Of a DNA stretch of 64,000 nucleotides, positions 47,470 to 55,474 are shown piece after piece (position 1 is the first letter of the stretch; every line of letters begins with the position of its first letter). The notes below the pieces were generated by a model. The model was not told where the DNA came from and ran no database searches. It was given only the letters and a program-made list of their open reading frames with translations. Both the position numbers and the translations under genes were made by a program. The DNA comes from an uncultured delta proteobacterium (GTDB taxonomy: Bacteria > Desulfobacterota > Binatia > UBA9968). The DNA is taken from positions 96,001 to 160,000 of the forward strand of contig CAWDPO010000003.1 of assembly GCA_963804165.1 (NCBI GenBank). Direction: 5' to 3'.

Positions 47470-49809
47470 GTGATGTCTGACTATTCCGTCGTCGGGCAAT
47501 CGGTCTATCGAACCGACGCCAATCCGAAAGTCACGGGGCGGGCGCTCCATGTCGGCAACATCGAGATGCCGAGCATGCTGCATGTCGCGGTTTTACGCAG
47601 CCCGTATGCGCATGCGCGCATTACGCACATTGAGAAATCCAAGGCTGAAGCGCTGGACGGCGTCGCGGTTGTGCTGACCGGCGCGGAGATCGCGAAGATG
47701 CCGGGAATAGATCCACACTTCGGGCCGGCGTTTCGCGATCAGCCGATTCTCGCCGTGGAAAGAGCTTGCTATATCGGCGACCCGGTGGTGGCCGTCGCGG
47801 CTATCGATCGGCGCACCGCCGAAGACGCACTTCAGCTTATCGAAATCGATTACGAGCCGTTGCCGGGCGTGCATGACGTACTGGAAGCAGCAAATCCGGG
47901 ATCGCCGCTTGTGCATGAACAGCACCGGCCGGCTAAGGCGTTCGCCGATCTCGCGCATGTCAAAGCCGGTCAGCAATCGAACATATGCTATCACTTCAAA
48001 CTCCGCACCGGCGACGTCGACAAGGCCTTTGGCGAAGCGGACCGGATTTTCGAGGATACCTTCAGCTCGCCACCGGCGCAGCACATGCCGATGGAGCCGC
48101 ACGTAACATTAGCTTACGTCGACGAGCATGAGCGCTTGAACATCTGGACGGCGAGCCAATCGCCGTCTTACGTTCGCACGGAAATTTCCACCACCTTCGG
48201 TATTCCCATGAATCGCATTCGTGTACGCGTACCGTACATCGGCGGCGGTTACGGCGCCAAGCTCTACGCCAAGCTCGAACCGCTGGTGACGGTACTGGCG
48301 CTGATCACAAAAAAGCCGGTGCGTTACGCGCTCACGCGCGAAGAAGAATTTCTGACGATCACCAAGCATAAAGTCGTTACGAAAATCAAAACCGCGATCA
48401 AAGACGGCGCGATCACGGCGCGCAAGTGCGAAGTCTACTGGGACACCGGAGCCTACGCCGAAATCGGTCCGCGCATCGGACACAAATCCGGCTACACGTC
48501 AGCCGGGCCCTATCGGATTCCCAATGTGTGGATCGATTCCTATTGCGTGTACACAAACAAAGTCCCGGCGGGCGCCTTCCGCGGTTTCGGCGTGCCGCAA
48601 GTTATTTGGGCTTATGATTCGCAAACCGATTTAATCGCCCGCGCGCTCGGCGTGGACCCGGTGGAGTTTCGTCTTAAGCCGGCGCTGGACGAGGGCGAAC
48701 GCTTCGCTACCGGTACGGTCGTGCGATCTTTCGGAATCAAAGAGGCGATCCGACAGGCCGCGCGGGCGATCGAGTGGAACAAGGCGATGCCGGTGCAAAC
48801 TGGAACAAAGCGTCGCGGCAAAGGCATCGGCGCAGGCGTAAAAGCGGTACTCACGCCGTCTATTTCCGGCGCTATTGTGATACTCAATGCCGACGGCTCG
48901 GCGAACGTGTTGAGCAGCACCGTCGAAATGGGGCAGGGATCGGAGACGACGATGGGACAGATCGTCGCCGAGGAATTGGGCATCGCGCCCGATCGCGTGC
49001 ACATCGTTCAGCCCGACACCGATGTCACGCCTTATGACACGATAACTGCGGGAAGCCGTTCGACCTACCATATGGGAAACGCGGTGCGCATGGCCGCGGG
49101 GAAGATCAAAACGGAGCTATGCGAAGTCGTGGCATCGAAACTCGAAGTCGATCCCGATGATTTGCTACTGCGCAACAGCCGGGTGGTCGTGCGCGGCAAT
49201 GAAGAGCGCGGCATGGCGATCGGCGAAATATTTCTCGCCAAGTTCGGCAGTCTCGGAACAACCCTTGCCGCGGAAGCCGTTTGCCAACCGACGGCGGCGC
49301 ACATGGACCCGGAAACCGGTCAGTCGGAAAAATGCACGGAGTATTGGTTTCCTTCTGCCACCAGCGCGGAAGTCGAGGTCGACACCGAAACAGGGCGGGT
49401 AAAAGTTCTCCAGCTCTTCAGCGTCGGCGACACCGGCACGGCGATCAATCCGCGCCACTGCGAACAGCAACTGCAGGGCGCTGCGATTATGCATCTCGGT
49501 CTCACGATGTTCGAGGAAATGATCTTCGACGAGGGTCAGCTCACCAACGGATCGCTGCTCGACTACCAGGTCGCGTCGATCAAAGACATGCCGGAGTCGA
49601 TACAGTCAATCGTCGTCGAAGTACCGCACGAAGACGGGCCGTTCGGCGCAAAAGGAGTGGGCGAGACGGGCGCCCTAACAGTCGCCCCGGCGATCGCCAA
49701 CGCGATTCACGAAGCCGTCGGCGTGCGCATCCGCGATCTGCCGATCACACCGGAAAAAGTGTTGCGGGCGTTGGTAGAGCGAGAAGAAAATGCGAATGTA
49801 GGCCGTTGA
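47470..49809 (+). CDS. Xanthine dehydrogenase family molybdopterin-binding subunit (orphan)
   Basis: KVTGRA, LRSPYAHA, PMEPH, IGGGYGAK, GAFRGFGVPQ, EMGQG, AGSRST, GAKGVGE. Confidence 0.92.
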   Translation: MMSDYSVVGQSVYRTDANPKVTGRALHVGNIEMPSMLHVAVLRSPYAHARITHIEKSKAEALDGVAVVLTGAEIAKMPGIDPHFGPAFRDQPILAVERACYIGDPVVAVAAIDRRTAEDALQLIEIDYEPLPGVHDVLEAANPGSPLVHEQHRPAKAFADLAHVKAGQQSNICYHFKLRTGDVDKAFGEADRIFEDTFSSPPAQHMPMEPHVTLAYVDEHERLNIWTASQSPSYVRTEISTTFGIPMNRIRVRVPYIGGGYGAKLYAKLEPLVTVLALITKKPVRYALTREEEFLTITKHKVVTKIKTAIKDGAITARKCEVYWDTGAYAEIGPRIGHKSGYTSAGPYRIPNVWIDSYCVYTNKVPAGAFRGFGVPQVIWAYDSQTDLIARALGVDPVEFRLKPALDEGERFATGTVVRSFGIKEAIRQAARAIEWNKAMPVQTGTKRRGKGIGAGVKAVLTPSISGAIVILNADGSANVLSSTVEMGQGSETTMGQIVAEELGIAPDRVHIVQPDTDVTPYDTITAGSRSTYHMGNAVRMAAGKIKTELCEVVASKLEVDPDDLLLRNSRVVVRGNEERGMAIGEIFLAKFGSLGTTLAAEAVCQPTAAHMDPETGQSEKCTEYWFPSATSAEVEVDTETGRVKVLQLFSVGDTGTAINPRHCEQQLQGAAIMHLGLTMFEEMIFDEGQLTNGSLLDYQVASIKDMPESIQSIVVEVPHEDGPFGAKGVGETGALTVAPAIANAIHEAVGVRIRDLPITPEKVLRALVEREENANVGR

Positions 49810-49851
49810 CGGCCATCCGCGGTTGTCTGGAAACCATGGATCAAGTTCTAC

Positions 49852-50361
49852 TTATGGCCCCTTTAAGGCGCGCTTTTTCATCTCGTCAATATTGATGTTC
49901 GGCATACCGGGCATTACGATATCACCCGGTTTCTGTCCCGCTTTGCACGGACCTAGCCATTTTGCTTCGATCACCGATGAGGACTCCTTCATCCCCGATA
50001 CCGGCGGCTCATAGGTGCTCTTTATGTCGCCCTTATACGCGGAGTCGAACCGGCCCGTGAAGACGGCGCGGGTCGTCGCCGTGCTGTTTTCCACTTTGCA
50101 CACTGATTCGGCGATGACTTTATCTCCTTCTTTGCGCATCTCATTTTTAGTGCACTGGGGTTTTTGATTGTCGCCGAGGTCTTTTTTCATGAGGTCGTCG
50201 GTCTTCTCGTCGATACACTGTTGCATCGCATGACTGCCTTTGGTTTGGCCGCTCGAAATCTTGATCTCCCACAGGCCGGACTTGCGCTTGGGCGGATCGA
50301 AGGATGCGGCGGCAGCAGCGTTGGCGGCAAAAAGGACGAGGAGCAGGGCAAAATATCTCAT
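49852..50361 (-). CDS. DUF3617 family secreted protein
   Basis: Signal peptide; PKRKSGLWEI; QQCID; AKWLGPCKAGQKPGDI. Confidence 0.8.
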   Translation of the reverse strand: MRYFALLLVLFAANAAAAASFDPPKRKSGLWEIKISSGQTKGSHAMQQCIDEKTDDLMKKDLGDNQKPQCTKNEMRKEGDKVIAESVCKVENSTATTRAVFTGRFDSAYKGDIKSTYEPPVSGMKESSSVIEAKWLGPCKAGQKPGDIVMPGMPNINIDEMKKRALKGP

Positions 50362-50405
50362 CTGGATCTCCTTTAGAGAATTTTTCAATCGGTTCCGGAC
50401 GCGAT

Positions 50406-51386
50406 TTAGATCGCCGCCGGCGAATCGAGTTCGAAGCCGAGGTCCGCAATCATTTGATGCGCATCGGAGGCTTCTTGTCCCGGCGTAGTTAAGTAGCCGT
50501 TCACGAAGATCGAATTTGCCGGGTAGAGGCTCATCGGTTGGAGCGAACGCAGATTCACTTCTCTGCCGCCGGCGACGCGGATCTCCTTATTCGGATTCAC
50601 GAAGCGAAAGAGACAGAGCGTTTTTAGACACCGTTGCGGCGTAAGTTCTCGCTTGCTTTCGAAAGGCGTCGTCGGAATTGAATTCAAAAAGTTCACCGGG
50701 ATCGAGTCGATGTCCATGGCGCGGAGCGTCAACGCGAGATCGATGATGTCCTCGTCGCTTTCGCCCATGCCGATGATGCCGCCGGAGCAGGTGCCGATGC
50801 CGGCGTGTTTGACGTTCTCGATGGTCGCGACGCGGTCGTCATAGGTGTGCGTCGTGACGATTTCCGGGTGGTGAGCGCGGCTGGTATTCAAATTATGATT
50901 CACTCGGCCGACTCCGGCAGCTTTAAGTTTCTCGGTCTTGTCTTGGTTCATGAGACCGAGCGAGCAGCAAACGTTCATGCCGGTTTCTTTGCGGATCTCG
51001 CGTACGGCGTCGGCGATTTCGTCGATCTCTTTGTTCGTCGGGCCGCGGCCGCTGTTGACGATGCAGTATCGCACTGCGCCTGCGGCCTTTGCCGCTTTCG
51101 CGCCCTCAATGAGTTTTTCCTTGGACATGAACGGATAGCGGTCAATCGGCGCTTCGGAAACGGAGGATTGGGAGCAATAGTGACAGTCTTCCGGACAGAG
51201 GCCGCTTTTGGCGTTCTGCAGGACGTGGATTTGCACGCGCTTACCGTAGTAGTGGCGGCGCACTTTGAATGCTGCGCTCACCAACTCCGGCAGCTCGTCG
51301 TCCGTCGCGTCCAATACTGCTCTTAATTCATCTCGTTCAGGAATAATGCCTTGAAGCGCTTTGTTGGCCAACTGGTAAAAATCCAT
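50406..51386 (-). CDS. bioB: Biotin synthase
   Basis: SGLCPEDCHYCSQS radical SAM motif, CCSLG, NHNLNTS, CSGGIIGMGE, SIPVNFL, IRVAGGRE, ANSIF..YLTT. Confidence 0.95.
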   Translation of the reverse strand: MDFYQLANKALQGIIPERDELRAVLDATDDELPELVSAAFKVRRHYYGKRVQIHVLQNAKSGLCPEDCHYCSQSSVSEAPIDRYPFMSKEKLIEGAKAAKAAGAVRYCIVNSGRGPTNKEIDEIADAVREIRKETGMNVCCSLGLMNQDKTEKLKAAGVGRVNHNLNTSRAHHPEIVTTHTYDDRVATIENVKHAGIGTCSGGIIGMGESDEDIIDLALTLRAMDIDSIPVNFLNSIPTTPFESKRELTPQRCLKTLCLFRFVNPNKEIRVAGGREVNLRSLQPMSLYPANSIFVNGYLTTPGQEASDAHQMIADLGFELDSPAAI

Positions 51387-51411
51387 TCCATCCTCCGAAG
51401 TCAGACCGGTT

Positions 51412-51879
51412 TTAGCATGCGCTGTCCGGCCTTGCAAATAACGCTTCGCGCGCGTGGAAATTTCCCCACGTGTACAAGAACGCGGCCAACACGAAATGGA
51501 AAAAGATTGGTATCGTGCCGCCGTACCAGCGCATCTCGGGGCGCAAGATCATAGTTATAACGTAGCGCAGCACCATGGTGGTGGCGTAAATCGCGCTGAA
51601 GCCGACGAGAAAACGCGCAAAGCGGAGTCGTTTCTGCGCAAAAAACCCTTTGCCCCGCCACACGTCGGAGACGACCTCAACCATAACGATTAACATGACC
51701 ACCTGAATCGCCAGCAGAATGGGATACGGAACCAGACCTGATGCCCACTGTTCAGCAGAAGGTAACCAGCGAACCGAAAAAAATACGACAAGACCTTGGC
51801 CCAGGACGCGAAAAAAGAATAACAGAGTGAGAAACGCGAGAACGGGCCCGTATGCGCTCGACTTCAATCTCGCTTTCAC
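51412..51879 (-). CDS. Hypothetical integral membrane protein (about 4 TM)
   Basis: Four hydrophobic segments; GTGA overlap with the GH3 stop codon. Confidence 0.75.
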   Translation of the reverse strand: MKARLKSSAYGPVLAFLTLLFFFRVLGQGLVVFFSVRWLPSAEQWASGLVPYPILLAIQVVMLIVMVEVVSDVWRGKGFFAQKRLRFARFLVGFSAIYATTMVLRYVITMILRPEMRWYGGTIPIFFHFVLAAFLYTWGNFHAREALFARPDSAC

Positions 51880-53549
51880 GAGAGCAATTTGCCGGCCGTC
51901 TTCACGACAAATTCGATTTCGCTCGTCTCCTCCGGAGTAGCGCTCAGAAGCCGGGCTTTGAATTGCGCGTCGCGTGTCCCGGAGCGGAGAGCGTCATTGG
52001 CGCTGCGCTGGAACCAGCCCGGTTTCATCACGCACAACAGCGGCGCGCCGAGCCGCCGAGACTCACGTTTCTGCGCATACTCGATATTGAGCTCGCACAG
52101 GGACGCGTCCAGTTCCCCCAGCAATTGAACGAGCCGCTCTTGAGTTGCCATGACACCGTCCAATTCCACGAAGAACACATAAAGAGATTTTTCTACATCG
52201 GCACAGGCGCGATAGTGTTGAACCGCCATTGCCGCGGCGTTTTGCGCCTGTGCCATCGCCTGGATCACCTGGTTGACGTGAAGTTTTTCGCCGGTGATGT
52301 TGGTGACGTCGCGACCTTTGCGGACAAATTCGATCAGCGGCGTCTGGTTGTAATAGCCGGCGACGCGAACGACGTCGTTAATGTCGTAGCGGTAAAGGCC
52401 GGCGGGCGTGGTGAGAACCAGATAGTAGTTCGATCCTGCTTCGAGCTCAGTGCAGGTAAGGATCGTGGGCACCGGGCTGTCAACGTCCGATTCGGGAATG
52501 AACTCATAGAAATTTTCATCGATCGCAAGAATCCCGGCCGAGCCTGAGTCGGAAATGGGCAGGGTCATCTGCGCTTCGCTCGCCATGTAACCGAGATCGC
52601 GTGCCGGTGTTGTCTGGCCAAACCAGCGGGCAAATTCCTTGAGACGGAGGCCAACGGTGCCACCTTTCCAACAACCGATGAGTTGCAATCGCGGCCAATA
52701 CTCTTTGGGGCGGAGGGTCCCGTCGTTCTTAATTAAAGATTCTAGTCTCCTAGCGCGCGCCGGGTTTTTCCCAAGTCGGCTTCCGAGCACCGCTCGTACT
52801 TTGGGCGGCAGATTACAACGCTGGGCGATGGTGCCATCGCGAATGTCTTTGATGATTTCGTCCTTATGCCGGTCGGCGCTTTCAACGAGCTTCAGTATTG
52901 TGCTCGGGTTGGGTGTGCCCAAAAACGTGATGTTGTGTTCCAGCGCCAAGCGCATCGTAAGATAGTATTTCGATTCGAAGTCGTTGACTTCAGCAATTTC
53001 GTAGGGCACCGCGTAAGCATTTTTGATCCAGCTTGGACTGCTCTGATAGATCAATCCGGAAGCCGCGCCGAAAGCGACGTTGCCCGCGGTGTGGCCCTCG
53101 ATGGCGGGACTCACGACACCGAGCAGCTTGCCGCTAAACAGATCGGGATGGTCCACGAGAGCGCGGTAATACCAAAATCTGGTGAGTTGACGATGATTCC
53201 GGCGCGTGGTCTCTGTGACGGGGATCAGTTTGGGCTGACCGGTGCTGCCGCTGGTCATCGTGAACATCAATGCCGGCTCCGCGGTCAAGACGTTCGACTC
53301 GCCATTTTGCGCACGCTCGACGTAAGAGCGCAGGTGCTCGTAGTCGCCGATGTCAACCTGTTTGCGGTATTCGCTGAGAGAATGAATCGTGTCGAAATGA
53401 TGATCGCGACCGAAGCGCGCGCCGCGATTTCGACTTACAATATCGAGAAGCAAGCGATTCTGAATTCGTTCTGGATTCGTCGTGAGGCTCTCCCAGCGTG
53501 TCCACTGGCGGCGTGTAAGGAACGTAGCGGTTTTGAGAAGGATACCCAT
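51876..53549 (-). CDS. GH3 family acyl-acid amido synthetase
   Basis: Adenylation motifs TSGSTGQPKLIP, GYMASE, GLYRYDINDV; FYEFIP; TGEKL. Confidence 0.9.
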   Translation of the reverse strand: MGILLKTATFLTRRQWTRWESLTTNPERIQNRLLLDIVSRNRGARFGRDHHFDTIHSLSEYRKQVDIGDYEHLRSYVERAQNGESNVLTAEPALMFTMTSGSTGQPKLIPVTETTRRNHRQLTRFWYYRALVDHPDLFSGKLLGVVSPAIEGHTAGNVAFGAASGLIYQSSPSWIKNAYAVPYEIAEVNDFESKYYLTMRLALEHNITFLGTPNPSTILKLVESADRHKDEIIKDIRDGTIAQRCNLPPKVRAVLGSRLGKNPARARRLESLIKNDGTLRPKEYWPRLQLIGCWKGGTVGLRLKEFARWFGQTTPARDLGYMASEAQMTLPISDSGSAGILAIDENFYEFIPESDVDSPVPTILTCTELEAGSNYYLVLTTPAGLYRYDINDVVRVAGYYNQTPLIEFVRKGRDVTNITGEKLHVNQVIQAMAQAQNAAAMAVQHYRACADVEKSLYVFFVELDGVMATQERLVQLLGELDASLCELNIEYAQKRESRRLGAPLLCVMKPGWFQRSANDALRSGTRDAQFKARLLSATPEETSEIEFVVKTAGKLLS

Positions 53550-53555
53550 TTCACT

Positions 53556-55427
53556 CTATCGGCGCACTTCGTGCTTGGTGATTGCGAGGCGTTCCAAAAC
53601 GTCTTCACTGACCGTAACGCTGAGGCCGCGTGTTTTGAGGAGAGGCGCGCGCCCGGCGAAACCGAAAGCGACGTTTTCGAACGTGACATCCTCGGCGAGG
53701 AGCCAGGTGCCGAAGGAGCCTTCGGCGAATTCGAGCGCCGGCAAATGTGCCGCAAAGGTTCGGCCTGCGGCCGAAAGAATGCCGGTTTCGCCCACTTGCG
53801 CGCCGACTTGGATCTTGATGCCCGCGTCATGCGTGAGCTTGGCGATGGCCAAGCTGCCGGAGATGCCGGCGTTTTTCGACAAGCGAATGTTGAAGTAATC
53901 ACAGGCGCCACGCTCGATGAGGCGGCGCGCCTGTTCGAGCGTGACGAGGGATTCGTCGGCCATGACGGCGAGTCCACTTTCGGAACGCACGTGTTTCATT
54001 CCTTCGAGATCGTCGGCCGGCACCGGCTGCTCGATCACTGATAATTTAAATTGCCCGAGTCGCCTTAGTTGTTCCACGGCTTCATCGGCATTCCAAGCGC
54101 CGTTGGCATCCGCGCGCAATTCAACCTGGTCACCGACGGCTTTACGCACGGCCTCGAGGCGCGCCGCGTCGTTGGACGTGCCGACTTTCACCTTGATCTG
54201 ACGCAATCCCAAGCGCGCCATACGTTTGGCCAGAGCGGCGGCGTCTTTCGGTTCATCGGCGGAGATCACACCGCTATAGACGACTTCGAAACGCGCGGGG
54301 GCAAGCAGATCCGCCAGCGCGCAATGGCCGCCGCGCAGGCTCCAATCGAGAAGCGCCAATTCCACCGCGCAAAATGCCGCATTCCAAGCGGTGACAGCGG
54401 TTTCTCCGTAGCCGCTGCGCGTCCAGTCCGGCATCAGCGCTTGCAGGTGTTCAAGAGCTTCCCATCCAGGAATAAAGGTTTCACCAAAAATGTTTGGTGT
54501 CAGATGATCGCGAATGCGCGCAACCATGGTTTCCGTCGTTTCTCCACTGACATAGGAACGAGGCAAGCTCTCGCCGAAACCGCTGCGTCCGTCGTCGCCG
54601 GTGACTTTGATGATCACCGTGTCGCTCTCTTCGCGGCTCTGCAGCGCGTGGCGAAAAGTCTGTTTAAACGGGATACCTAACTGGTAGATGGTTACGGACT
54701 CGATGTGCCGCGCCTTTGCCGCAGTTGATTTCATTCGAGTACGTTGTTTCGAGCTGGGCGGAAAATAATGACGCACGAAGAGGTTGTCGTCGAGAGTTAA
54801 ACGCGCGATCCGGTCGAATAGTGTGTCTGAGATTTGGTGAAAGTCCGAATAGTCCTGGATCACCGTCACGCCTTCCTCGGCGTGGCGGACATCGACCTCG
54901 GAATGAAGCGCAAACCAGTGCAGTGCCGGTTTGGGGATTGCGTAGCGGTTCGTCAAGGCTTCGGCGATTTCGCTCGAACAGCGCGACAGCATGAACTCGA
55001 AGCTCATGGTTTCGAGCAGGACGGACAGGCAAAGCTCACGCAGGGTCGCCACCGGCACGCGGGTGGCGCAGAAGATCGCGACGCGTTTGCGCGCGTCGGC
55101 GACCAGATCGTCGATTTCACTGTCAGTAAAACCCACGCCGCGGGCCAATTCCAAAAGCAGCGCCGAGTGCGGCTTCTCGTGCTCCGAGCAGCCCATTTCT
55201 TCCATGAGGTTCTCTTTTAATGACTCTGCGCCGCTCGACGGCAGAGAAGCGAAACACAGCGCGACGATATGCGACGACAGAAAGTGGGTGCGAAAAACGT
55301 TGCGGAGAAACTCGAGCGCGGCGTCGCGCGTAGCATATCCCGATACTAGGTCGCGGTACTCGGGAGATTCCTTGAACTCGCGAGTAGCGCTTTCAAAGAA
55401 TTCGATTATCGTCTTCGCGGCGACCAT
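53556..55427 (-). CDS. Fusion: heme-oxygenase-like diiron (CADD/PqqC-like) domain plus enolase-superfamily (MLE subgroup) epimerase-like domain
   Basis: N-domain NLMEEMG..EKPH, ETMSFE, WFALHSEVDVRH; C-domain GFGESLPR, VELALLD, IKVKVG, RADANG, IEQP, MADES, NIRLSK, GAQVGE. Start at ATG 55427 after GAGGTG. Confidence 0.85.
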   Translation of the reverse strand: MVAAKTIIEFFESATREFKESPEYRDLVSGYATRDAALEFLRNVFRTHFLSSHIVALCFASLPSSGAESLKENLMEEMGCSEHEKPHSALLLELARGVGFTDSEIDDLVADARKRVAIFCATRVPVATLRELCLSVLLETMSFEFMLSRCSSEIAEALTNRYAIPKPALHWFALHSEVDVRHAEEGVTVIQDYSDFHQISDTLFDRIARLTLDDNLFVRHYFPPSSKQRTRMKSTAAKARHIESVTIYQLGIPFKQTFRHALQSREESDTVIIKVTGDDGRSGFGESLPRSYVSGETTETMVARIRDHLTPNIFGETFIPGWEALEHLQALMPDWTRSGYGETAVTAWNAAFCAVELALLDWSLRGGHCALADLLAPARFEVVYSGVISADEPKDAAALAKRMARLGLRQIKVKVGTSNDAARLEAVRKAVGDQVELRADANGAWNADEAVEQLRRLGQFKLSVIEQPVPADDLEGMKHVRSESGLAVMADESLVTLEQARRLIERGACDYFNIRLSKNAGISGSLAIAKLTHDAGIKIQVGAQVGETGILSAAGRTFAAHLPALEFAEGSFGTWLLAEDVTFENVAFGFAGRAPLLKTRGLSVTVSEDVLERLAITKHEVRR

Positions 55428-55474
55428 GATCACCTCATTCAACAAACGGCGAAGCGGTGCGTTTAACCAGTCGG

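Noticed and set aside
47470-49809. Aerobic CO dehydrogenase CoxL
   Set aside because: Loop is AFRGFG, not AYRCSFR (form I) or AYRGAGR (form II); no cox accessory genes.
52866-54041. Long antisense ORFs (for example 52866-54041, 60549-61652, 36892-37851, 794-1684)
   Set aside because: They lie opposite well-supported genes and have no motifs; expected shadow ORFs in GC-rich DNA.
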